64,000 nt of DNA, taken from Carcharhinus amblyrhynchos (lineage: Eukaryota). This document shows, piece by piece, positions 38,101-50,960 of this stretch. The first letter of the stretch is position 1; each line of letters opens with the position of its first letter. Made by a program: the position numbers and the translations under genes. The notes beneath the pieces are model-generated. The model did not search any database. It was not told where the DNA came from and saw only the letters and a program-made list of their open reading frames with translations. Location of the stretch: positions 43,772,001 through 43,836,000 of the forward strand of contig OZ336882.1 of NCBI GenBank assembly GCA_965287045.1, given 5' to 3'.

Positions 38101-39289
38101 GCAGATTTATTACAAAGGTGTAGCTAATTCCAGGTCTAAAATGGAAGAGCCACAAAAGCACTCAAATGTCTCTGCTTATGTCACTAGAAGGGAATGTGAT
38201 ATTATGCCAGAAGGGATGTAGCCAATTTAAATGCATGACATACCTCCCCTCTTGTTTCTTTGGTCCCCAAATGACCACTTTTCCCAATGTTTCAAGAACA
38301 GGCCCAATTAAACAATAGATACATTACTTTGCACTATTATTTTCCATAGATGCAATTAATAAACCAGCCTCTCAGGTGGGTGTCCATTTCTTTAGGGTTG
38401 TACTCGATGTTCTGGAGCTTGGCTACTTGAGATCTTTGAAATATCTTCTTTTTCCTCGGTTATTAATTCTTTATGTGGAACTATTTCAGAGTCTGTTTCA
38501 ATCAGTGTTGAAGATTCTCCAGAAAGAGCATCTGAATTTGTCTCTGTGGTTATTCTCTTCTCATATGCATCACTACTTAATATTTTTGATGTAGATAATA
38601 CTGATGAAGTTTCAGTGATTTCACTTCTTGAGGCTAATATCTGGTCAGTATAATGTCACCACACTCTCTCAACATCTGTCTATATGGTGTAAGATATTGT
38701 TTTTGCTAAGATAACGGCAGGCATCCATTTTTCATTGGTAGTAAAGCTTCTTGTTAGTACTCATTCTCTTTGAGTAAATGCTTCCCTCCTAGCAATCTGT
38801 GCTCTTTGTTGTCAATCAACAATCTCTTAAATATCAACTGGTAACAAAAGGTCAAACTTTGTTCTAAGCTTCCTATTAAAAAGCAGCACTGTTGTTGAAT
38901 TCTGAGTCACTGCATGTGCAGTGTTCCTGTAGGATAACAAGAGTTTATTTATTTGTCTTGACAATGCCTGTGGTACTTTGATGCCTTGAGTGAATGTTTG
39001 AGTGACTGTACAAATCATTGGGTCAATCCATTCTTTGCTGATGGTGTAGAGCTGACTTGATGTGTTGGATACCATTTCCTCTCAAGGATTCTTTGAACTC
39101 CTTTGAAGTGAACTGTGTCCTTCTGTCACTTACGGTTTGCTCAGGTCTACCAAATCTAGCAAATATTTCATCCAACTTTTCAATAGTCTGTTCTGCTGTC
39201 ATAGGTGTCATGGTCACTACTTCCAGCCATTTAGAATGTTCATCTACAAGTACTACAAACATGTGCCCCTCTATTGGATAGCATACTCT

Positions 39290-39415
39290 GGCCCAGATTT
39301 TACTGGCACAGCTGCCCGAGGCTCATAAGATTGTGCCCAAGACCAACAGAGAATGCTGTTCTGTGAGCCTCGCCCACCCTGATTTTGGAGTGGCCGTGCC
39401 AGTAAAATCAGGGCC
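39290..39415. mobile_element. 126-bp PIF/Harbinger-type MITE inside the Gypsy integrase
   Basis: TIRs ggcccagattttactggcac / gtgccagtaaaatcagggcc; TSD TCT (39287-39289, 39416-39418). Removing it restores RIHTEYA in the integrase. Confidence 0.9.
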
Positions 39416-40402
39416 TCTGTGTGTATCCTGTGCCTTGGCTGTTTCTGCCATTCCCGTGGATATAAGGGTTGTGGGGATGCAGTGTTTCTTAGTTTTGGAC
39501 AGAACTGGCATTGCCCCACTTTTTCTTCGATTTGTTCATCTAATCCTGGCTACCAAAGATAACTATGTGCCAGTTCCTTCATTCTCACCACACCTGGATA
39601 TCCTTTGTGTAGCTGTTTGAGGATTCTTCCACACAAGCATGGAAGAATAATCACCCACATTACCCATAGTAAAACTTCACTCTGGGCTGTCAACTCAAAT
39701 CTTCTTGTGATTTAAGGCTGTAGATCTGGGTTGTTTCAGTGCACTGTCATTGTTCCTTTTGATCTCCATATCCATAACCTTCCCCATCACCGGACTGGTT
39801 TTTGTGTGTCTCTGAACTTGAGATGAAGTCATTGGTACATAATGTACTTGTGAGAAATGTAAGTCGTTAACAAATTTTTTTTCAGAATCTTGTTTGTTTT
39901 CTGCTACATACTTGACAAAGCATCAGCATTCACATGTTGCTCTCATTGATGTCATTTAATAATGTAAGTGTTAATAGTGATAATATCAAAGACCATCTTT
40001 GTAGCCTACTAGCAAACTAAAGAAGGACTACCTTTATATAACATGAAGATTGTCATCAAGGTCTATGGCCTGTCAAAAGTGTAAAATAAAGCCTATAAAG
40101 TTAGTGATGAAATCTTTTTATTCCTAATATAATACTTAAAGCTTTTTTTTAGCTGAGCCTTATTTATCTTTGTGTTAATACGTGTTCACAAAGTTAAGTA
40201 AAGTCGCTGTTCTATCGCTTGACTGCACCTACCCCAAAAGGCAAGGTACTACAAGCAAGTTGTAACTTCAATTTTGGATTGAAATGGACCAACAGCTTTG
40301 ACTTATTTAATGCTTCCATTACCTCTTTGTAAGCTCGTAAGTTCTTGCAATTCTTCTGCTCAGTGCCATGCCATTTGGAACAAATTTAGTTGACCAACCC
40401 AG

Positions 40403-40725
40403 AAACATAGAACGTTACAGCACAGTACAGGCCCTTCGGCCCTCGATGTTGCGCCGACCAGTGGAACCAATCTAATGACCCTCTACCTAAACTATTCCAA
40501 TGTTATCCATATGCCTATCCACTGACCATTTGAACGCCCTTAAAGTTGGCGAGTCCACAACTGCTGCAGGCAGGGTATTCCGCGCCCTTACTATCCTCTG
40601 AGTAAAGAATCTACCTCTGACACTTATCCTATAATTATCACCCCTCAATTGAAAGCTATGTCCCCTTGTGTTAGCCATCACCATCCGAGGAAAAAGGCTC
40701 TCACTGTCCACCCTATCTAATCCTC
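40403..40725 (-). mobile_element. CR1 3' fragment nested in the Gypsy pol region
   Basis: ORF 40487-40711 NTRGHSFQLRG..FFTQRIVRARN; gaaacatagaac tail. Confidence 0.92.
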
Positions 40726-41679
40726 AGAACAATCTCAGTTGCATCATATTTTGAGGATGTGAGCTTCTAAAATAGCAATCAGCTTTATCGGTTCATTATG
40801 CAAGTCATTTTTATCCATGATGTGACCCCAATAATATATGGATGACTTAAAAAAATTGTTATTTTCCTTTTTCAGTTAGAGACTATTTGCAGATGTTCCA
40901 ATGTAGCTTCCAAGTTCTTCAAGTTCACTTGAAGTTGTGATGAGAATAGCATCTAGATAACACTGTATAGCATGTAGCCTACTCAGAATTTGATCAATGG
41001 ACTTCTAAAATAGAGCGGCTGCAGTTGATCTCCTGAATGGCAGTCTCCTGTATCAAAACAGACCTTTGTGTGTCACGATAGTGAGTGATGGTTGTGAACT
41101 TGTCGTCGCATCCATTTATAAATTTCTACTTGATAGATCTTTCCTAGCCTCCAAAAAAAGGTTCTGCAAATAAGTCTTTAATCAGTGGGTATTGATCAGC
41201 ACAGAATACCAGATTAATTGTCATCTTGAAATCTCCACACATCCTTAGTTAAGCATTACATTTTAATTCAGGCATGATTGATGTCCAATCTCTTGTAGTA
41301 ACTGATTCAATGACTCCTGATTGGAATAGTCTTCCTAGTTCTCCTTTGACATTTGGTCTGATGGTACTGACATTTCAGCATACTGTCTGACTTAATTTTG
41401 AGTTGGACTTCAACTCCAGTCATTGAGCCCAGTGATTTTTCAAACACGCATTCATCCTTTTCCAGGGGTTGTTGTAGGTCAGTCTTTCTATCGACTGGTT
41501 GATTTACAGCTCCCCAGTTGAGTTTGAATTTTCCCAACATTTGTCTACTGAATAAAGCGGGAAGGTTTCCACAGACAATGTAGAGAGACAACTGTCCTGT
41601 TTCTCCATTCACTTCCATTTCTATGTTAATTTATCATCTTAGTGATATGACCGCTTCTGTGTACTTCCTTTTGGGGAAG

Positions 41680-42098
41680 GGAGTGGCATCGTGGTATTGT
41701 CAATGGACTTATAATCCAGAGGCCAGAACAAGGCTCTGGGGACACAGATTCAAATCTCACCATTGCAGGTGGTAATTTAATAAACATCTATAATTCGGGG
41801 CGGCACAGTGGTTAGCACTGCTGCATCACAGCAGCAAAGACCCGAGTTTGATTCCTGGCTTGGGTCATTATCTGTGGTGAGTTTACACATTCTCCCCATG
41901 TCTGTGTGGGTTTCCTCCCACAGTCCAAAGGTGTGCAGATTAGGTATATTGGCCATGCTAAATTGCCCCTTAGTGTCAGGGTGACTAGCTAGGGTAAATG
42001 CAAGAAGTTATGGGGATAGGGCCTGGGTGGGATTGTTGTCGGTGCAGGCTCGATGGGCTAAATGGTCTCCTTCTGCACTGTAAGATTCTATGATTCTA
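41680..42098 (+). mobile_element. SINE C head (41680-41790) followed by an HE1-type A SINE (41797-42098), nested in the Gypsy element
   Basis: gtggcatcgtggtattgtcaatggact..ttcaaatctcacca, then gggcggcacagtggttagcactgc..gattctatgattcta. Confidence 0.85.
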
Positions 42099-42394
42099 TA
42101 AAATTAAACGGTTTCAATGGTAGGTATTTTAACTTCTGCTTGTGAATTGTCTCAGATATCAGTATCGACTTCCATTTTGATTTGGTTACCATCAAGTTTT
42201 CAGAATACTGAAAATGTTGTGAACTACCATGAACCAATAAATCTCCTAATGTCAACTCTTGGACTTGTTTTGGTGCGTTGTCTTCCATCACGTCTTCATT
42301 TTTGCCTGACACCTGGTAGAATTTTCTGGTAGACGTCAATGTGTTCTTTTTCTTATGTGTTTTTGATGTAGAGGATGTTTGTCATGTCCATGTT

Positions 42395-42718
42395 GGGCGG
42401 CACAGTGGTGCAGTGGTTAGCACTGCTGCCTCATAGTACCAGGACCTGAGTTAGATTCTGGCTTTAGGTGGCTGTGTGGAGTTTGGACATTCTCCCTGTA
42501 TCTGCCTGGGTTTCATCAGCGTGCTCCGGTTTCCTCCCACATTCCAAAGATGTGCTGGTTAGGTTGATTGTCTATGCTAAATTGCCCCTTAGTGTAAGGG
42601 GGACTAGCAGGGTAAATATGTGGGGTTACAGCGGGCAATAGATCCTGTATGTATTGTTGTTGGTGCAGGTTTGATGGGCCAAATGGCCTCCTTCTGCACT
42701 GTAGGGACTCTATGATTC
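42395..42718 (+). mobile_element. HE1-type A SINE nested in the Gypsy gag region
   Basis: Full copy interrupting the sequence just after the Cys/His knuckle. Confidence 0.88.
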
Positions 42719-44579
42719 CAGTATGCTTTGGCAATAAAGCCTTTTTTGTCACAATTCTTCCATTTGTTTTCCCTATTCCAGCATTCCCCCACTGAGTGCT
42801 CAACTTGTCCACAGCGGTGACATGCTTGTTGTTTTGCAAACTTATTTTTAGTAGTCTTTGTATTGTGGATCTTTGTCCCAGTTCCTATCTGTGAAGCCTG
42901 TTTTGCAGCCAATCCACTGACGTTACAATGTTCACTGCTGATTTCAGGGTCAGTGTTCTTTCTGTAAGCAACTTTCTCTGAATAGCTTCATTCCAGAATC
43001 CACATACCAACCTATCATAAACAGTATCATCAAGCATTGCATCAAATTCACAATATTTAGCTAGCATTTGTAAGATGGCCACAAACTGTGAAATGCTTTC
43101 ATTTTCCACCTGGCTTTGGCAGTGGAACTTTTTGGCAGAAATGCTTCTTTAAGACCTTTGTCAGTTCATCATTGGTTTTAACTCCTGGCTTTGTTGGATG
43201 GACTAAACTTCGTAGCAATGTTAAAGTTTAGTGTCCTTCTAAACTGAGAAATATCACCCTGTAGCTTATTTGCTTGAAGATAATATTGGAATCTTTCTTC
43301 ATATGAGTTCCAAGTCCTACAATCCTCATCATGCTGCTGTGAGTCACTGTTTCCTCAGCCTGTTTTGATTTGCCACTTGCAATTTAGAAATCTACCCATT
43401 TTATTGAACGGTAAGTAAGCTTAACCTTTGTTTCTTGCTTGCTCACAGTTTATTTACTTTTCTAAATTTTTTGGTGGTGCATCAGAGGTTTCTTTTCCAT
43501 GCCTTTGATCAACCTTTCAATCTGAAGTGCTGGGTTTTATTTTCTTTAAATCAGGTTGAAAAAGAAAGTTTCTCTGACTCTCGTTGCCAATTTCTTCTTT
43601 GGTACATATCGCCTGGTAGCTACCACAAAGCCAAAAGTAATGAAGTGCCACACTAATTGATTGGAGTCAAACACAATGCAGGTTTATTAAGAAGGTGTAG
43701 CTTAATCCATGTCTAAGATGGAAGAGCCATAAAAGCCTGCAAATCCCTCAGTTTACGACACTACAGGTCATGAGATGTTATACCAGAAGAGATGCAACCA
43801 TTTTAAATACATAACAGTAGCCAAAGGTTTTCACGTTGGGAAATGGGGAGGGAAAAGCTGAGGAGCTCAGCTTTAAAGTACAAGTGATCATGTTTTCTGT
43901 TTTTATTTTGAGTGTAAAGTACAATTGATAATAGTGTTTAGCTAACTGTGTTTGCTTTGGTTTACTCTTGTATAGTAAAACCATTTGTTTAAACTGTGGA
44001 ATCCTGTGGCTTTATTCTTTCAGTTGGTAACAAGGATTTTGAATTTCTCTTTCAACATTAACAGTTTCTCTGAGGATCGTAGGAATCACAAATGACATAA
44101 GTTAGTATATTTGAGGCAACTGTGTGTCAAATTAACCACTACGATTCCTGCCTGTCTGTGATAAATCACCGGAATTTAAGCCAGAACTTTGCTGAAAAGA
44201 TACAATCAAGAAAGGGAAATCACCATGTGGAAGAACGTTGATGCGAAATAGCATTATACCACAGCATGAGCATCCAAAGTGGGTTGATATGCTGTGTCAA
44301 CTTATCCAGAAACTCCAAGTAAACATTTTGATGCTTAAAATTTCATTCAGTTAGAGGTGGAATGTAAATTGTCTCATTTGTGCTGGAATGGTACATCTTA
44401 CTTTGTGCCTGTTTAGACTTTTCACATTTTGGCTCTAAAAATGTTACCCTACAGGTTACTGTAAGTGAGAGCTAATAATAATGTGGTGAGAGTAATGGGG
44501 CCTTTGAGGCCTGGCTGAACAATGGGACCAAATATCTATTACCTTCTCTTTCAGCTTTTTCCATGTTACGTGGGATCAC

Positions 44580-44801
44580 GGTATGGAGATGCCGGCATTG
44601 GACTGGGGTAAACACGGTAAGAAGTCTCACAACACCAGGTTAAAGTCCAACAGGTTTATTTGGTAGCAAAAGCCACTAGCTTTTGGAGCGCTGCTCCTTC
44701 GTCAGGTTAGGTGATGAAGGAGCAGCGCTCCGAAAGCTCGTGGCTTTTGCTACCAAATAAATCTGTTGGACTTAAACCTGGTGTTGTGAGGCTTCTTAAT
44801 A
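44580..44801. mobile_element. Family-1 palindromic Penelope-derived insertion with two inverted hammerhead motifs
   Basis: Inverted arms of about 90 bp centred near 44708. Motifs CUGACGA..GGAGCAGCGCUCC-AAAAGCUA-GUG (minus) and GUGAUGA..GGAGCAGCGCUCC-GAAAGCUC-GUG (plus). TSD TGGGATCAC at 44571-44579 and 44802-44810. Confidence 0.9.
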
Positions 44802-45584
44802 TGGGATCACCACAGTGCTGGTTGATCACATCTTCATATCAACCATAATTTTTAGGATTTGGCTGGTGGTCTTAGCGATTAATGCTCTTCCAACTGCAAA
44901 CTGCCCTACACCCCCTCCCCTACTTATCTGGACTGGAGACTGGCACTGCTGCAAGTCCTGAAATGGGTTTCTTTCAGCTCAGAGGTGGGAGAGCAATGAG
45001 CTCCCACAAAAATATATCTCCTTAAACAGTGGAATTGATAGATTGTAAACAGAGAATGAATTGAAAATAAATAGGACACAACAGAAAGAGAAATTAAGAA
45101 ACAGGAAATAAAGAATGGACAGATAGAGAGAGCAAACCAAGACTGAAAGGAACATTTTATTTGTTCCCTTTCTAAGCTGAAAAGGTTAACTTGCATTGCA
45201 GAAAGTCAAATCTCTTAATTGAAAAGATTGTTATACTGTTAAGTACTAACCTAAACTTTCTACAACAAATTTAATTTGCAATTAACATTCAAATGCAGCA
45301 ACTTCATGAAACACATGGGAAATTCAGGGCTCAGGACATTCAGGCTAATGGCACAAGTCATCCAATAACTTGTGATGGTTTGCAATGCACAGAGTATCAC
45401 TTCCTCCCACAAGCTGTTTGATGACACATAATAACCGCAAGCATCATTAAACTCATGGTTACTTTGACAGCAAACGCTGGGCTGCAAATTCATACTTCAG
45501 CATGATAAGTCTAACCTTGCTTGGTCAGAAAGACAAAGAAATTTTACAGTAAATTTAATTAATTATCTTTTTCTCAAAGATCCG

Positions 45585-47130
45585 TAATGGCCTGCACCAA
45601 CCATGCTACCTGACTTAACTAAAACCCCCTCTACCCTACCAGGGACCATATCCCTCTATTCCCAACTTATTCATGTATTTGTCAAGATGCGCCTTAAAAG
45701 TCACTACCGTATCTGCTTCCGTGGCCTCCCCCGACAACGAGTTCCAGGCACCCATTACTCTCTGTATAAAAACTCTGCCTTGTACATCTCCTTTAAACCT
45801 TGCTCATTGTGCCTTAAACCTGTGCCCCCTAGTAATTGATTCTTCCACCCTGGGAAAAAGCTTCTGACTATCCACTCTGTCCATGCCCCTCATAATCTTA
45901 TAGACTTCTATCAGATCTCCCCTCAATCTCTGTCATTCCAGTGAGAACAAACCAAGGTTCTCCAATCTCGCCTCATAGCTAATGCCCTCCATACCAGGCA
46001 ACATCCTGGTAAATCTTTTCTGTACCCATTCCCAAGCCTCCACATCCTTCTGATAGTGTGGCGACCAGAATTGAATACTATATTCCAAGGCCTAACTAAG
46101 GTTCTATAAAGCTGCAACATGACTTGCCCATTTTTAAACTCAATGCCCTGGTTGGTGAAGGCAAGCGTGCCATATGCCATATGCCTTCTTGACTACCTTC
46201 TCCAGATCCCTTTGCCTATCAATACTCTTAAAGGTTCTGCCATTTACTGTATATTTCCTATCTGTTTTAGACCCTCCAAAATGCATTGCCTCACATTTGT
46301 CTGGATTAAACTCCATCCGTCATCTTTCCGCCCAAGTCTCCAACCAATCTATATCTTGCTGTATTTTTTGATGATCCTCATCACTATCCACAAATCCACC
46401 AACCTTTGTGTCGTCCGCAAACTTACTAATCAAACCAGTTACATTTTCCTCCAAATCATTTATATATATTACAAACAGCAAAGGTCCCAGCACTCATCCC
46501 TGTGGAATGCCACTTGTCACTGCCCTCCATTCAGAAATGCACTCTTCCACTGCTACCCACTGTCTTTTTTGACCGAGCCAGTTTTATTCCATCTTGCCAG
46601 CTTACCTCTGATCCCATGTAACTTCACCTTCTGAACCAGTCTACCATGAGGGACCTTGTCACAGGCCCTACTGAAGTCCATGTAGATAATGTCCACTGCC
46701 CCACCTTTATCAATCATCTTCATCATTTCCTCGAAAATCACAATCAAGTTCATGAGATGTGACCTCCTCTTCACAAAACCATGTTTCCTCTTACTAATAC
46801 GTCCACTTATTTCCAAGTGGGAATAAATCCTGTCTTGAAGAATCCTCTTCAATAATTTCCCTACCACTGATGTAAGGCTCACCAGCCTGTAATTACCTGG
46901 ATTATTCTTGCTACCCCTTTTAAACAAAGGAACAACATTGGATATTCTCTAATCCTTTCACTGGTTCCCCTGTAGCCAGTGGGGATACAAAGGTTTCTCT
47001 CAAGGCCCCAGCTATTCCCTTCCTTGCGTCTCTCAGTATTTTGCGGTATATCCCATCAGGCCCTGGGGACTTGTCTAATTTAATATTTTTCAAGAGCCCC
47101 AATGCCGCCTCCTTTTTGATCTCAACATGA
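45585..47130 (-). mobile_element. CR1 LINE fragment (RT plus C-terminus), degenerate
   Basis: ORFs 46553-46927 (PGNYRLVSLTSVVGKLL..YMDFSRACDKVPH), 46920-47102 (KSPGPDGIY), 45923-46180. Confidence 0.94.
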
Positions 47131-47394
47131 TCACGAATCTGTTTGTTGAATCACAGAGGCACCAATCCTCTGAATAACATTTTTGTTTCATTATTCTTTT
47201 CTATCTTTACATTGAATCTAATTAGGTTGTGGTTGCTATTGATCTGAATGGTCTCACAGCAAACAAATTTGGATGTATTTGCTCCACTCAGAGTTTTGAA
47301 AATTCCACATAGTTAATGCTTTTCTACATAAGAAAGTTGCAATTGAGCAGCAATATGGCTTATTTATTGCTTAAATATTTGAAAACTGGCATCT

Positions 47395-47652
47395 AAAGTT
47401 TATATTTTGTTTTTGTCACATGTAGGCTTGAATTAATACTGCAATTAAGTTATTGTGAAAATCCCTGAGTTGCCACACTCCAGCACTTTTTTGGGTATAG
47501 CAAGGGAGAATTTAGCCAATGCATCTAACCAGCACATCTTTTGGACTGTGCAGACTCCGCACAGATAGTGGCCCAAGCCAAGAATCGAACCCAGGTCACT
47601 GGTGCTTGAGGCAGCAGTGCTAACCATTGTACCATTGTACCACCGTGCCACC
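47395..47652 (-). mobile_element. HE1/V-type SINE (type B)
   Basis: gaggcagcagtgctaacca head on the minus strand; type-B tail at the left. Confidence 0.82.
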
Positions 47653-48427
47653 CAGGCACAGTATGCTTCTTTATATTCTGTGGATCTGATGAGCATCTAC
47701 CAAGTGTTTATGCAGAAAATGCAGGTGAATCAGAAATGTCCCAAAGTACTTTTCATTTGGTGCTAGATATAATGGAGCTCAACAAAGGTAAACTAGATAG
47801 AAGGCACTGAAGCTTTCAAAACTAATTTTTCCTGTGTCATATGATGTTTCAATTGATTGAACTTGTTTTCCCATTGTGTTGTTTGACAATATAAATTCAT
47901 AGCACAGACTGAAACCATTACTGTTCAATTTCATAGCTGTCCAGATTCGACATTATACAAAAACATCTGGAAAATCAGCAATTAACTGAAGTAAAGAAAA
48001 AAATGTGCTGGTACTGCCTTGGAGTTCCGTTCAAAAACCTTTGACAAGATCCACAGCAGGAAACACTAATATTGTCCTTAGGCTCTCATCAATCCTAATG
48101 CAAAGAATAATAGAGATAGGTTTTTTGGAAAACAGGCATGTGAAATACATTTGCCTCAATATTTGGACATACCTAGTACATTTTTGCCATTCTTTCACAC
48201 TCCTGGAGAGGAAGTGGATAAGACATAAACTTTGTCATAATTGTGATAATGATCATGAGTGGTTCTGGTGTAGCTCCAGCCTCCATTTCAGCATGGGTGT
48301 ATTCGACACATTCCAGCAGATCAAGCAGCCTTCTGAAGAAATCATGTGCTCCAGGCAGCCTTCCCTTCAGAAAGACATAGTCCCTATAAAAGGAGAGCTG
48401 CTGCAATGGCTTGTCTTGCAGCAATGG

Positions 48428-48782
48428 GGAGGCAATGGCCTAATGGTATTATCATCAGACTATTAACCAAAAACTCAATGAATGTTCTGAGGACCTGAGT
48501 TTGAATCTTGCCATGGCAGATAGTGGAACTTGAATTTCTATTCAATTCAAAAAAGTTTGGAATTAAGAGTCGAGCCATGACCATGAAACCATTGCCGATT
48601 ATTGGAAAAACCTATCAGGTTCACTGATGTGCTTCAGGGAAGGAAATCTGCAGTGCTTCTCTGGTCTGGCCAACATATAACTCCAGATTCACAACAATGT
48701 ATTGACTCAAAGGGCAACTAGGGATGGGCAATAGGTGCTGGCCAGCCAATGACACCCATGTCTCACAGATTAATAAAAAAAT
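48428..48782 (+). mobile_element. SINE family C
   Basis: ggaggcaatggcctaatggtattatc head; agggcaactagggatgggcaataggtgctggccagcc tail. Confidence 0.85.
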
Positions 48783-49194
48783 TCCAGCAAACTTCATTCC
48801 AGCATGTTACTAGGACTGCTGAGGTGTCACCTCATAGGAATGACAGTGACTCAATGGTTTATGAAGCATCTGAACTCTTTCACAATCACAGCATTCATGC
48901 TCAATTGTTCAACTGTTCAGTGTTTGATTATATGTGTTTGTTGACCTCTCTGTTCTGTGTGCTACTTTTCAAGCCTGGATGTAGTTACAGAGATACAGAT
49001 AAATTCAACTGAAGAACAAGCAGCAGCAAGCTAGAAGCATATTAGAGAGCAGACATTTTAAAATCACAGTCATTACAACTCTTGTATCGACATTGAAGCT
49101 GATTGTTATCTCTGGAATATCATCCCTGCAAATCTCTTGAGGCATAAGAGACAACTATTGAAGCCTGCTGATCCGGCTGCTATTGTTTTTTTCC

Positions 49195-50785
49195 TGTTTG
49201 GTGCAAGAATGGTAAGGAAATTGTGGCCAAACTATGGCTTACAAGGGAAATTAGAGATAGTATCAGATTCAAGGAAGAAGCAAACAAATTGGCAAGAGAA
49301 AGCAATAGGCCTGAGGATTGAGAGCAGTTTAAAATTCAGCAAAGGAGGACCATGGAAAAAATGGAGTATTAAAGTAAGCTAGTGGGGAACATAAAAACTG
49401 ACTGTAAAAGTTCTATAGATCTGTAAAGAGAAAAAAATTGACAAAAATGAATGTAGGCCCCGTACATTCAGGAAAATCCATAACGGAGAATAAAGAAAGG
49501 CCTGTGGAGTAAAACTTGTACTTTGCTTCAGTCTCCACAAAGGAAGATGTGAATAATGTGCCAGACATGCTGAGAGAAACATATTTTAGTGAGGAGCTGA
49601 AGGAAATCAGCATTAGTAGAGAAATGGTTTAGGGAAATTGATGGGATTGAAGGTGAATAAATCTCCAGATCCTGACAATCTTCATTCCAGAGTACTTAAG
49701 GAAGTGGCCCTGGAAGCAGTAGATCCATTGATAGTAATTTTCCAAAATTCTTTAGACTCTGGAATGGTTCCTACAGATTGGAGGGTAGCTAATGTAACCC
49801 ACTGTTCAAAAAGGGAGTAGAGAGAAAACAGGGAACTATAGAACAGTGAGCCTAATGTTGATACTGGGGAAGTTGCTAGAGTCCATTATCAAGGATTTTA
49901 TAACTTAGCATTTGGATAGCAGTGGTATAATCAGGAAAAGTCAGCACTGATTTACAAAAGGGAAATCATGTTTGATGAATCTGTTTGGAACTTTTATGAG
50001 GGTGTAACTCGTAAAGTTGACCGAGGAGAACCAGTGAATGTATTTATTTAAACGTTCTGAAGGCTTTTGAAAAGATCTCACAAAACAGACTACTATGTAA
50101 AGTTAAAGCACTTGGGATTGCAAGTAATGTTGTGAGATGGATAGAAAGCTGGTTAGCAGATAAGAAGACAAGAGTTGGCATAAATGGATCTTTTTCTGAT
50201 TGGCAATCAGTGACTAGTGGGGTTCCACAAGGAACTGTACTAGGACACCAACTGTTCACATTATATATTAATGATTTGGAAGCGGGAACTGAATGAATTA
50301 TCTCCAAATTTGCAGATGACATAAAGTTGGGTCAGAGGGTGAGCTGTGAGGAGGATGCAGAGATGCTTCAGCATGATTTGGACAGGCTGAGTATGTGGGC
50401 ATCTGCATGACAGATGCAGTATAATGTTATTTAAATTTGAGGCTATCCACTTTGTTAGTAATTATTACATAAATAGGTATAAATTGAGAGAGGTGGATAC
50501 TCAACGAGACCTTGGAGTCCTCCTGCACCAGTCGCTGAAAGTAAGTGTGCAGACACAGCAGGCAGATAAAGAAGACAAACGGTAGGGATGTTTTGCTGTA
50601 ATTGTATAGGGCATTGGTGAGGCCACACTTGGAATACTGTGTGCAGTTTTGGTGTCCTTACCTGAGGAAGGATGTGCTTGCTATAGAAGGAGGACAGCAA
50701 AGGTTTACCAGGCTGATTCCTGGGATGGCAGATCTGTCATATGAGGAGAGACTAAGTCAGTTAGGATTAGATTCACTGGAGTTTC
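49195..50785 (+). mobile_element. CR1 LINE ORF2 fragment, degenerate
   Basis: KSPDPDNLHSRVLKE..DWRVANVT, gtggggttccacaagga (GVPQG), tttgcagatgac (FADD), LVRPHLEYCVQFW. Confidence 0.94.
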
Positions 50786-50786
50786 G

Positions 50787-50960
50787 ATCACATCATGGTC
50801 ACCTGTTGCACCCAACATAACCTGGCACAGAAGTAGCTGCCCGGAGAGGAGATGGAGTATCTGCACACCTCCTCTGATAAGGAAGACATTGACGGGGATG
50901 AGAGTGAGGAGGTCCTTAAGAGTGAGGATGTCAGCCACAAGGTCATTGTGATGTCCGGAT
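50787..50960 (+). mobile_element. PIF/Harbinger transposase C-terminal fragment fused to the CR1 fragment
   Basis: HIMVTCCTQHNLAQK (compare HARBI1-type IIVACC.LHN) followed by an acidic tract EEMEYLHTSSDKEDIDGDESEE. Confidence 0.6.

Larger units (their letters stand above)
38019..43816 (-). mobile_element. Full-length degenerate Gypsy/Ty3 LTR retrotransposon (gag, PR, RT, RH, IN) with nested insertions
   Basis: LTRs at 38019-38240 and 43600-43816 (TG...CA, clearly homologous); flanks GTAAC/GTAGC; PPT aggggaggta next to 38241; PBS-like tggcaacgag at about 43580-43589. Gag DRLVCG..IQRKLL, knuckle CHRCGQVEHSVGEC, RT QCYLDAILI at about 40945-40965, IN VDEHSKWLEV..FARFGRPEQTVSD. Confidence 0.93.
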
